A stretch of 56,485 bases of DNA, filler included, from Sluysia triapertura (lineage: Eukaryota), in NCBI GenBank assembly GCA_046118255.1. It is 3 parts of 3 records of this genome, joined end to end, with 100 filler letters (N's around TTAATTAATTAA, not from the genome) between each part and the next. Parts side by side here need not be neighbours in the genome. Positions count along the whole stretch, not along the records: positions 14,247 to 40,931 come from JBJNIA010121971.1; 2 more parts are not named here. One strand, written 5' to 3'. A program made the position numbers and the translations under genes. Numbering within the stretch: position 1 is the first letter of the stretch; every line of letters begins with the position of its first letter. Below the pieces are notes generated by a model. The model ran no database searches, was not told the origin of the DNA, and saw nothing but the letters and a program-made list of their open reading frames with translations. This document shows, piece by piece, positions 24,262-37,200 of the stretch.

Positions 24262-26519
24262 GGTGCACCCGTACAAGGCCCTTAGGTGGTTCCCCTCAAA
24301 AATTTCTCCCATAAAGAACAATGCATTTATACGTCAAGTATATAATATAAACGAATAATTAAATTTACCTCCTTATTAAAGCACAATGGCCGCCAGGCCG
24401 ATTTATGTAAGCTGACGATATTCTTATAATCGTTTTCTAATCCCCAAGAATTTTATATATACACTTTTTGAACATGCATTCTGTTCGTTACAAATATAAT
24501 TGTCGCGTTATGTAGATAATTGTTTTTGGATGCTATAGGAGGACCCGAATAAAATATCTGCTTTCAATCAAAGAAAATTAGTCGAAACTAGCTATGAGAA
24601 GCTTATATACAAATTTCAGTAATTGTTTTTGTTCGAGAGTCATAATTTATTGAATTTATTCTCGCAAAAAAATAATTGTTTCAAAAGTTTTCTGTTACAC
24701 GTCGTAATATCCTCTACTATTAGCATCACAGCATTTTTATTTTCATGAATGATTTACTTAGAAACTAAACAGATTCTTCTTTTATTTCCCCAACCCCTAC
24801 GTATGAAAAGTTGAAACGCTGGAAAGGACCCAAATTCAGAATGAAGTTGTTCCTGCAACTAGGACGGAATAAAAAATAATTGATATTTGGAAAGTAACTT
24901 TAAAAAAATTCTACCATTTCCCCACCATCAAAAAGAGGTTCTAAAGTAGTATGCAATAATTTTATGAATGACGTATTACTTAATAAATTATCAAAACCAA
25001 TATATAGCGTGCATATAAACGACCAATCACAAAGAATTTATATTGTCCAATAATATTACATTGCACTTTTATAAACTTTTAAATTAACCTTGTAATGATC
25101 ACTAATACATAGATCAAAAAGTGTGCGACTGATTCACTTTCAACTATTATTTAAAGTTTGTTTAAATATTTATAAAATAATTGTGCAACATAATTTAATA
25201 GTTCTATTTTGACAATAATCAAATATTGGTATTATTAAAGATAGAAATGTAACAGTAACTCCACGAAGTCTATAACGAATCATACTGAAACAGTAGAACA
25301 ATTCGATAGACCTTCAATCATAGATAAACATGTAACAAGAGTATGCTTAAGGTTCGTATTGATTTTTTAATTGTAAGTATAGAAAAATATTGTGCAATGT
25401 AAATTTTAAACTTTACGAGGAAATGAAACTATGCTTTATCCTTGAGACTGGAATGGGCATTTGCCAGGAAAAGCACACAAAAAATAAAATAATTTATCAG
25501 AAAATTCATCGATACCTATCATTTATATTAATCTGTATTTATCTAACTTCCACATCCTCGTACAGTTTAAAATGTTTTATTTATAGATTTTAATTTTGTT
25601 TTCTTATCAGACCGCAAAACATTTTGCCAGTACCATCAAATTTGTAATCAATTTATTTTATTATCCAATTGACAGTTATGTAGTAACTTATGTTCTGTTT
25701 TATGAATGTGATATTCATTCGTAAAGTTTACTTTAGACCCAAACTATATATACATATTAAGAATCAGCATAACTAAAAGGTGCATCATTGGCTACAAATA
25801 AATCAATCAAACACCACTCTTGTCGGTTCTACTTAGTACTACTGACACATCTGTATATATTCTGGTCAAAGATAAATTTTCATGATAAAATTCCTCGTAG
25901 TACTCGGAAATCGTTTAATCGAAATTAAGATTATTGTCCAAATCTATCGATGCCAATTCAAATAAATCCAGCGACACATGATCATGTTCGAGCAGTGACA
26001 GCAATATCGCAAAACTCGTCTTCAAGTTCGAACGTCTTTCTTAAATCGAATTGAAATTGTTACATTGCATTTGTAAATATGTGATAAGGTGTATCTTATA
26101 AAACGTAATTTGAAATCCTTTTACGACTTTTGCTTTACACATTTATCTGAATTATGCAATAAAAATGCCTTAGGCCGATTCATAATTGTCCATATAATTA
26201 TAATTATTATTATTTCAATGTTAAAATGGCAAACCTGCTCCTTTACTAAGAAAATACTAAAATTACCCATATACATTATATTAAAGATTATTCGAATTGA
26301 AGTAAATAGGAATTGAAACACGAATGCGAATAATCCAAATACGAATTGAAATAAGTTCGTTTACATTGATTGTTGCAGTAGTATCAAATTACAAAGTTCA
26401 AAGTAAATTCAATTATGATAGCGAGTTTAAGGGATAAAATTAGATTTATTAGAATTAATTAATTATTAATTGCCATCATGCAACAAATTATTTTTATTTA
26501 TAACATATTATTTGCAGTG

Positions 26520-26915
26520 GAAAGCTATAGGAGACTCGTGCGAGCCCTTTGTTAAATTATCATATGATTTGCGAGCCCCTTGTTCTTGAAAAACATATTT
26601 AATGTATGTTATCCTGAAACATGGAGTATGGAAGAAGAAAATAGAATTTTATTTTGAAAAATGAAATTAAAGTAAATGATTTTAGAGATTTATTAGAAAA
26701 GGCACTGACTAGAATATTCCAAATCGAAATTCCCAAGATCATTATGGAAACAAACGAGCTTTTAGTTCGATGAATAATATCGTTAAAATGAAAACACCTT
26801 CTCTCACTGTTAAACACTTTTGGGATTTTATGACGATCTGCTTCAATGGGAAATACTTTTTTGAATTAAAAAGTGAATCAGATACAAATTTTAAAACTTG
26901 TGCTTGGAAAAAATT
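26520..26915 (+). mobile_element. Possible Transib (RAG1-related) transposase relic
   Basis: Frameshifted pieces VCYPETWSMEEE / NEIKVNDFRDLLEKALTRIF / SLTVKHFW-(GF.D)-SASMG-KYF..ESDTNF follow the Transib motif order CYP...LQDLLDHT..RI...KWGFDGS. Confidence 0.4.
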
Positions 26916-27896
26916 CAAATTTCTAAAAACATTTATGCGATTCTGATCCCCACTTCCCGTTACTAAAGATGAATAAAGTTTCTTCAAGATGAAGGTCAAC
27001 ACTTCTTGATCTTCTTCACAACGTTTACCAATTCAGTCATCAATTACACATTAACATCAATTTCTTCAATCAATGAACACAAATAAAAAACTGCAGCCAT
27101 CCGTACACGATTTATTAAAAATTCAACATCGGATCATCGTTTGAGTCTATTTATTTTACACTCTGCTCGTTGACTTTCTGATACATTTTCCAATCGACTC
27201 AATTCGATTATTCAATATCAGAAAGACAGTTTATCGAATATTTCCAAAATAGTTACTATATTCTTAGTTGAAATATCAATTGAGTGGTGGTCAACCTTCA
27301 TAACTATTAAATTTTATAAAATAATTAATTTTTCAACACTTTAACATTCACATATCTATCTCCTACACAATCACAAAACAGTTCATCTATCAAAAGTAAG
27401 TCATATTCACAATCTCATAATATAAAAATCACACTTACATCCAATACCACCAATTTACATCAACAAATCCATCAAAAACATGTTACTCGACATTCATAAC
27501 AATCAAATAATAACCACACTCGAAATTATCCACTCGACACCTTCCAATCAATTACAACACCTTAAATTCATCAATTGACATCATATAATCCCAAACAACA
27601 CAAAATACAATTCCCCCCAAAACAACAAGAGAACAAATCACATTAGCAACAATGTACAATCAACTTTCGAATATACCAAGAGCGGACTACAAATTACCTC
27701 TTTCACTTTTACTCAAACCAACCTTTACTTAAAGATTTTTAATCCAAATATCTTAGAAATTTAAAGCTTTTAAAACAAGATTTTGTTCGATTTTAAAGAA
27801 TTCAACAGTTAATGCAGTCTAATAACAACAATAACTACAACATCATCTTTCTTGTTTGTGTAGTTATACTTAATTTAATTATTTTTAATTCGAATT

Positions 27897-28008
27897 TGTA
27901 GTGTTCAACTCACTCATAAACCTTCAATACATTCAACCACAAATCTTCCATACACAGTACAGATTTACCACATCTTTCACACAGGCCAACACCCAAAATA
28001 CAACACAC
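27897..28008 (+). mobile_element. Short LTR (~112 bp), same family as 30203-30316
   Basis: TGTAGTGTTCAACTCACTCATAAACCTTCAATA...CACATCTTTCACACAGG..AACAC is a diverged direct repeat of the PPT-adjacent LTR. Confidence 0.75.
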
Positions 28009-29085
28009 TTTAAATAATTACACTAACATATCCTAACTTAAATAGAATATAATATATTCACTTTATGATAGTTTTCTTTTTTATATTTCTACAGAATTTG
28101 AGCTATCGGAGATGCGTGATAACTCTAAAGACTTTAAAATATATTATGTTTATGATGTTTTTACTAACGAATTTAAAAATATTGAATTACATTACTTTTA
28201 TGATAAGTTTAGCCTGAAAGTTAAATACATTTTTGTTACTTGTTATTGTTTCTTAAGCGATTTTAAATTACAACATTGTTACAGTTATAAGGACCTTAAG
28301 TCCATTTTTCTTAATACTAAATTCATAACTTTTAATTCCAAAATTAATAAATATATATACTATCCATTACAATGGTGTCAGGAGAAGAAAAACATCACGC
28401 ATCTCACCTATACTTCAATTTGTTTATGGGACGGGCGATATTGTTTTCAAAATTTTAATGCATTTTAAATGTATTTTTAATATTGTTTTCAAAATTACTT
28501 TTAAAATTACTATCTCTAAAATCATTTTTCAAATTAATTTTAAAAAATTGATAAACAATAAAATCATTTTCCAATTTAATATGTTACACTCAACAATGAC
28601 CTGCTTAATCATGAATGTGGTTCTACCTTCAATCACTCAAAGTATAAGCTGTGAATGTGCAGTTTAAAATGTTTTTCAAAATATACCTGTTTCTATTAGT
28701 AAAGCAGATAATACTATAATTTTAACGCCTTCTAAACATATTTATCACGACAAATTTTCATTACTATTACAAAGAAAAAACCCAAATTCAAATCAATTAG
28801 ATCAAATATATAAATTAGGTACTTTTAATAATTGCCTATACGGTTGCACTCATTATAAATTATTTCAGATGGAAAAATTGTTTCAGATCAATTATAAAAA
28901 TAAAAAATAATAATATAGTAAAAAGAGTTACTAACATAAAAATAAGAGTAATAATAAAAATTAGAATAAAAAATAATAAAACGTCTATTATATAATTGTA
29001 GAATAAAGGTAGACAATTATATGTTTAGATATGCATTAAATTGTACATTAGAAGACATTAAAGTAAAAGAGAAATTGGCCAATCT

Positions 29086-30316
29086 GTGAAAATCCATAAA
29101 CATATCAAACCTGGACCGATTCACTTCCCAACTGGCCACTTATTCGAAACAATTCATATAGACATTGTTGGTCCATTAACACAATCTAGTGGCTACATGT
29201 ATCTCTTAACTATAATCGACCGACATAGTCACTGGTCAGAAGTGTTCTCGGGCAGGAATATAACTTCGGAGACTATATCACGAATCCTATTCTCAAACTG
29301 GATTTCCCGCTTCGGAGTTCCCAAAAGGATAATCACAGATCATGGAGCCCAATTCGAGTCTAGTTTATTCAATAACTTAATAAAGCAACTGGGCAGTACT
29401 AGACTTAGAACTACAGCATACCACCCGCAGTCAAATGGTATGATTGAGATTTCATCGCACTCTCAAAAACTCCCTACGTGCATTGTCAGTACATCATAAT
29501 TGGGTCGACGCACGTCCCTTAATACTTTTAGGATGGCGTAATATACCTCACACCTCAACGGGATATTCACCAGCTCAAATAGTCTTACGAACAAACACGA
29601 GATTACCCTTTGAACTATTTGAATCTAACAACCCTACAAAGAAATTTTATTCACCACTTCTAGGCGAATATTTCAGCGAACTAGATAAGACTCCTCGTCA
29701 CAATAACAGTTCATATATTCATATACCTAAAAATATTCTTGAAAGCCAATTTGTTTGGGTGGCAATCGAAAACCCAACTTCATTACAGCCAAGGTATACT
29801 GGACCCTACAGAGTCAAAACATTCAATAATAACAATACTGCTATAGTTGACATTAACGGACAATTAACTGGTGTAAACTTAAACCAGCCACTATCCTGGT
29901 AAACCACCAAAAAGAACCAGTTTACCCAAATAAATCAGTCTCTTTCAGTCCGACATAACATACATGTGTATAAAAGGGTTTCCAAATATGTGGTCACATT
30001 TAAAACCAGTAAAAACGTATCGTTCCGCTTTGCCCCTCAACAGGCATCTCGGCGAATTTTCTGCCTACCTCTAATAATTTCATTACTTCTCATACTATAT
30101 TAAAATTACTTCTATACATCATCACTTATCTCAATCAAAAATCATTACAAATTTGGTACCAACGTCTTTTCCCTCCGGCTCCGCCTTCTCAAGGGGGGCT
30201 GATGTAGTGTTCAACTCAATCATAAACCTTCAATAAACTCAAACACAAATCCCCCATACATAGTACAGCTTCACCACATCTTTCACACAGGCTAACACTT
30301 AAAATATAACACTACG
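29086..30316 (+). mobile_element. Ty3/Gypsy LTR retrotransposon 3' half: frameshifted integrase, PPT and short 3' LTR
   Basis: rve motifs IHIDIVGPL, WISRFGVPKRIITDHGAQFES and TTAYHPQSNGMIE(R)FHRTLK; GPY/F motif LQPRYTGPYRV; PPT AAGGGGGG at 30191; LTR 30203-30316 TGTAGTGTT...AACACTAC. Confidence 0.93.
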
Positions 30317-31147
30317 GTCATTAGTTCAGTATTCAAAACCTCTGAATAATGTATATCTTTAGCAGATTCTTCGTTTTGAACAATTATTGATTTACTCTGA
30401 AAATCCACGAAGTAGTTGTCACTATTTGTTTTCAATAAACATTAGATAACTTTTCCATAGACAATTTGCTCTAATAATTTTCTGGTTCTAGATTTTTTCC
30501 TTTTTCAGTTTCACTAATTCTCAACATTTTTAAAATGTTCCTTTGAAAAATTTTAAATTTTTAAAAATGTGCAACACAGATGCAATATTTAAAAAAGTAA
30601 AATGATATAAAACATCGTTAATAAAGTGTTTAATTCATTGTATAATGGTCGGAAAATATTCTAAAAAAGTATCATTTTGAAAAGTAATTTTTACTGTTTA
30701 ATATCGAGAAATACCATTGCTTTAGCTATTACTTGTATTAGCTACTAGAGTGAACTGAATTTGTATTGGTGGCAAGAGTCAATATTTTTGTTTTTATTTG
30801 CAATGGTAATATAGAAAACCTTAATTCACGTATAATATAATATAAGAAATCTACTGTGTAAAATTAATTTACATAGTATAACAATAATTATAACATTTAA
30901 TCTGTACAAAGTTCTGAAATCAAGAAAGAAATTTATCAAAAATGAACTTGATTTAAGAAGCAAAAAAAACGGTACATCAGATACACGGAGTGGAACTTGC
31001 TATACTTGTTATAAATATACCGTTAGATCGATAAAACATGAATTTATTTAAAAAGAAAATATACGAATACTAATGCAAACTAAGCCGTAACCATTAAATG
31101 AATAAATTATAACATAGTAAATAAATATAAAAACAATAAATTTATTA

Positions 31148-31161
31148 CAATAATAATAGTA

Positions 31162-31205
<44 letters not shown>
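31148..31205. repeat. (AAT)n microsatellite immediately downstream of DESI1 exon 3
   Basis: Direct reading. Confidence 0.95.
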
Positions 31206-31224
31206 TTTTTAAGAATATACTAAC

Positions 31225-34200
31225 TGAAAAATTTCTTTGGATAAACTTTCTAAGTATTCTTCAATTTCTCTTTCAGTTTTATCTGTAAAACCCATTGAAA
31301 TTTGTTCTAGCGGTGATCCAAGAATAGTTCCACTCTAAAGTAAAATTTATATTAGATTATATATTATATTATTGTTTTAATAAAAACGAGTTGTCGTCAA
31401 TTTAAATTAGATTTATTGCCTTTAAGCTTACTCTTTATTAATAACTCTTACTTTAAAATTATTCGTAAATTTTAAACAAATAAAACGTTTAAGCTTGATA
31501 ACACTTTTACTGTCAATTATCTTAAAATTATTCTGGTTTAACTCTACAATAAATATATTTAGTTACTTAAATGGCACAATACTTTGACTAATATTAAATG
31601 ATTTTAGAACCTTAATGTAAACAGTCTCTAACTAAAAAGTCGTAGTTCTAACTCATTTCTCATGTAATAGATGGAAAAACAAATAAAATTTTAAATTTTC
31701 TTTCAATCTTAAAATAAAAACAAGAATCTAACTAAAGTTTATTAAAGATGAACAAATAAAAAACATTTTTACAATAGATTTTAAACCATGTGTTATGCTT
31801 TATTTTAAACAAAATTTTATATGACACTGAACTTCTTTTTTATTATATTTTTGTTTCACCAGATATTGTACTTATCAAATTTAACCAAATTAATAAATCA
31901 AGTTTGATTGATTCACTTCGATAGTTCAAATTCCGATTAATTTGTCTTCCTCGGCAGCTTCTATCCCAATATATTAATTAGTTTTCTACTGATAGCTCTT
32001 ATTCCACTTAATTCGTCTTCTACTGACAGTTTAATACTCGTAAACAAAATTTTTTGTGTATTTATAGAATATTTTTCACGAGTACATTAAAGCCAAAAAA
32101 TCAATTTCTTCATAAACAATTTTCTCTATAATTAATTTCACAATGCAACCAATTTTAATCTGTAATAAAATGCACATATTAATCTTATTTTGTATATTTT
32201 TAAATCTATAAGGCCAATTTTCTCCATATAATAGTTAATTACACTATATTTTCATCGACTTTATTTTCTAAATTATAATTATATGTGCTATAATAATACA
32301 TTTACTTCCGCTTTAATTTCTTTCTACAATACATTATAGCTACATTTATATCTTCCTTAATTTATCTGCAATAACTATATTTATACCAGTCTTCAAAATA
32401 TTATCAGATAGCAAAACATTTTGACACTAGCGATACTATGTGCAGAACGTGTTAACTCGTTTCCCACAAAGAATGTGTTAAAATTGTTAGAAAAATTAAC
32501 TTTTATAAATGCCATTATAATTCTAATAAATTCTAAAAAACAAAAGAATATGATAATAAGTTTGAATGTCGAAAAATTGGGGTATTCCTCTTACTGTCAT
32601 AAAACATGATAAAAATGAAAAATTAAAGGAATGCTTCTCGAAAAATGCAAATATATGTGGAATTGAAATTGAATGGACTCAATACGAAATTTCAAAACAT
32701 GAAGTCTGTGATGAAATAAAAAGTTTCAAAAAATTACTAAACAAAGAAAACTGCAAAAAAAACTCAGTGGAACAAATCATTATGTACTGGTTAGAACCTA
32801 AGAATACCAAAGAATTTATACTAATTATTACCAAGCTTGATACTAAAACTATTTTTATAGATGAAGCATTAGTTTCAATAATGTTTTACCATCTGTTTCT
32901 CTTACTTGAAATTTGACATATATTAAACGATAAAGATTTGTCAGTCAATTTACTATTTCCCTTTTTAGACGATGAAAGTTATATTAGTGGTATTAAAATG
33001 TTACTTTATGACTTAAAAAGAAAAGTATTAAATTTTTACAATTCATAGTAAATATTTTTGAATTGAGATATTCGATATATATATATATATATTTGTGTCA
33101 TTTGGAATACAAATAAATTATACATGATTGAGAGAATGATTATTTTACACCACTTTTATGAAGATACACAACACTATAATCGGTATTTAAAAAAGAAAAA
33201 ATAAAAATATTAGCAACCTGTGTAAATTTTATCAGAATTGAGATTGATTTACATCCAAAAGTTTATATGTGAACAAGAATTCGAAAGCGACTTTTATTTT
33301 ATATTAAAGATAAAAGCAACAAAATTGTTTAAAATATTGTAACTTCGAAACTAAAACTTGTTGATGAAAATACCGCTTCTAAAGTTAATTTATTTTACGT
33401 GAATTCAACAAAATTTTATTCATTAGGAAAATTATGTTGCACTAGAAAAGCTTTAGCAGATCATGTTAATACAATATTTCTTTCTGGGTTTATCACAATT
33501 CCAATTGTAACATTATTCTTAGTTATATTCGGTGAAATTATACCTCAATCAAATTGATTTTGTTTATACTATGTTTGATCCTGTCGACTGTGTGGATTCT
33601 TAATCACAAGAATGAAACGGGTTTGATACTCAATAACATTTTTAGAGTAATTGTGCGTTATTACATTAAGATAATCTTGTTTTTTGTTTAATATAAAATT
33701 CAAATTTTATTGTATTGTTAATTTAATTGTTCACAATGTTGATACTTAATTTTATAAAGGGCCTTAAGCCGAAATTAAATTCAATGAAATTAGATAAGCA
33801 AAATTAATGATTTAATCAAAATAATTTTTAATTTAATTTTAATTTAAGATCCATAAAACCCACAATTACAAAATAAAAATATTTGCTTTTAAATTATAAA
33901 TACACCTATCCCCCGATTTACACGGTAGATACGTTCCTGAGAAAAACAAAAAAAACTTATTTGGAAAACCGTATAAAACGAAAACGTGTAAAACAAGTAC
34001 CTTGTAAATCGGGGGATAGGTGTATTAGATTGTATCAAATATTTTTATTCAAAATGCAATCCATTTGTTTTAAACTACGACGTAACTTTTTAATACCATT
34101 TAAGAAGCGAAAGACTGTTCAGTCATTTTAATGTCATCGCAGCTATTAAGCAAGTATGATCTGGATTACGGTAAATTTTAATTTAAAAATACATCCTTAC

Positions 34201-37200
34201 TCGATATTACAAATTAATGAAATTACTCACTGTTTAATCATAATATTAGGTCGGAAAGTCTGAGGAATATTTCCACAGGTATTTCAAAATTTAATAACTC
34301 AATTTTAACAAAATATAATGAAAATATTTTTTATAATTATTAAAAATACGTAAGCGTAAATTTAAATTTCAAAAGTAAATTGATTTCTTTGTATCATTAT
34401 TTATTATTTCCAGATGTTTCATAAGATTCATTTCGTCATTGCTTAAATTTCAGATATTATACTGACTTCCAAAACATATTCAGATTATGTAAAACTCAGA
34501 AAAGCAGTTTGGTAGATAAACTACGAGTTGAAATATAGACAACCGAACTAGAAAATGATGCTCTGACCACATTTATTGAACCCCTTACAAAATTTTCAAG
34601 TAGAGAAATAGCCATGATGCTTGGGAAATAGCCACATAACTAAATGGAGACATATTTAAATTAAATGTAGTTTGGTTCCACATAATTTGACAGCCCAGAA
34701 AAGTTTCTAAGAGTCTTCATAATCAATACTGATTCTTTTTTGGATTAAATTGTTACAAATGTTGCAAAACAGTGGATTTCTGCAGGTCAGACGACTCCTT
34801 AAAGTGGTTTATATATTTGGTATATTTGGTGGGTTATGACTGGAGTCATACATTATGAATCATTATAAAAGGATAAAACGATATCGCTTTACATCTATAA
34901 TCAGTTATTACAACGTTAGAGGTTCGGTAAGAATTGATCAAAAAGATTAATTTTGCTCATGGCAATGCAAGGCCACTTATTTCAAAATTCACTCAGTATA
35001 TTAACAGAAATTAATCAGGAAATTCTGTCATTTCGGTTATTAGGTCATTTCAGATTACCATGTGTTTCGCTCAATTCAATAGTTCTTAAAAGGTATAAAT
35101 ATTTCGCCTCAAAATCGAAATATTTTTAGAGAAATACAATAAAAAGATCTTATAGAGATGACGTAAGGTTATCTAAAGTGACAGTGATTAATTTTTGACA
35201 ACATTGGAATTTATAAATACATGTATTTTTTTCTCATTTTTCCAAACTAATTCAAAATATTGTCAAATTATCTAATTTCATCCATGGGAAGAACAAATAC
35301 TGATTTCGAAATGGATCAGATAGAAAAACAGTTCGTGTCAGTAGTGTTAGGGTAAAGGGCCTAAAGTGCCACATAGAAAATTGATAGTAATATTGACTAT
35401 AATAAAATAAAATTGTTAGAAGGGGCTGATAGCTCAGTGGATAGAGCATCGAACTGTGCAGCGAGGTCCTGGGTTCGAATCCCGGTCAGTCCATTTTATG
35501 AAGTCTAACAGTAAGACAACCGGAAAAAACAAGTCAGTTATTCAGAAATAAATTCTACTCATACTTTACAATTATTACATATTTCTTCAGCACAAAATAC
35601 GATAAGTAATTGTGAATATCTTCAACTTCAGAACCTTAATACACTCAGGAAAAACTAGGAAATGTGAAAATGGAAAACAATTCATAAAATAATGCAAGAA
35701 AAAATGAGAAAACTGGAGCTTGTCATACTTAATTGGTCAAAAAATGAGCTACAGAATAAACAAGAACATTACAGAAGTTCAAAGACACGAATTAATAATA
35801 AGATGGATATAGCTATAAAATAGAATAAAATTAAAGAGGACGATTTATAACGACTTTACAAATAAAGATTGTTTAAGTATTGTGACAGCGTAAATAACTA
35901 AAAGTTAGTGATTATAGAGTTTAACAAAAATAATTTTAAGAGAATATAAAATATAAAGTTTTATAAAGTTTATATTTGCTTAAAGTTTACGAATAATTTT
36001 AAAGAGTCATTAATAATTAGTAAGTCTAACTGAATTTAAAGNNNNNNNNNNNNNNNNNNNNNNNNNNNNNNNNNNNNNNNNNNNNNNNNNNNNNNNNNNN
36101 NNNNNNNNNNNNNNNNNNNNNNNNNNNNNNNNNNNNNNNNNNNNNNNNNNNNNNNNNNNNNNNNNNNNNNNNNNNNNNNNNNNNNNNNNTTTTATAAAAG
36201 TGAATTAAGGGATACGCCTTTATTCAAGTTAACAATTAACATGTTTGTTATACAACTTTTGCAATTTCAATTACTTTGGATTTTTATGGAAAATGTTCAC
36301 TCTCAACCAACATATAGCTGTACCTACTCATTAGATACAGTGTGCCAGAACTACACGTGTAGTTTATACAAATACTATCTTTGTGATCGCACTGATATCC
36401 AAGATTATTATCGTTATTTTGGTACAGAATCAAAATCTAACTGTTCGCAGAATGACAAAAGTTGTACCAGATGTCGCCATAAGTCAGAATGGTACGTGTC
36501 GAACTTTTACCAAAACAAACTACAACGCAATGTTAATCAATGCCCTTCAGTTAGTACTCTAATTGATCCGAACGAGTTTTTCAGAGAAATAATCAATATA
36601 ACTACATCTACTACCACAAAAACTCCACCCAAAGTTACTTACTATTATTATGATATTTTAACAAATACGACTCCTAAAAGTGGTTAGTTTCATTTTATAA
36701 TTTTAAGAACGTTAAAATTACGCTATTTATATAACCTATCTCGAAAATTATTCGAAAATAAAAATGTTCATTTATTTATTTTATATTAATACGCTTTATA
36801 TCAGAAAGTAATATAATTATGTAGGACATATAATAATAGGGTTACTTTATTCAATGAATGACATTTTATTGATAAGATTCTATAATTAAAACTAAATTAA
36901 TGTTAATTTATAAGAATTCATTTTAATATATCACAATTTTTATACAATTCCTATTAATAACATAATAGATTTTTTTCTTAAGGAATTATTGATTCAGTTA
37001 AAATTTCGATCACAATTGTAATTGCAATAGTACTAATAATGGTATTTGTTATTATGATTTTAAAGTGGCGTTCAATACAACGTTATGCAGTGGCACGACA
37101 TCGAAGTCGAATAATAAGAAATACAAATAATTCATTGCCACCACGTCATCCAACAGCTCCTTCTATAAGTATTACTACCATATCCGGAGGTCACTTTATA

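Noticed and set aside
25760-26055. Downstream DOK7 exons
   Set aside because: The region lies beyond a contig linker, contains stops and shows no DOK7 similarity.
26960-27720. Penelope-like or gag ORF remnant in a CA-rich tract
   Set aside because: Only a faint IPxGLQI-like resemblance amid many stops; not supportable by eye.
32914-32916. Selenocysteine codon
   Set aside because: No redox-motif context and no recognisable SECIS downstream.
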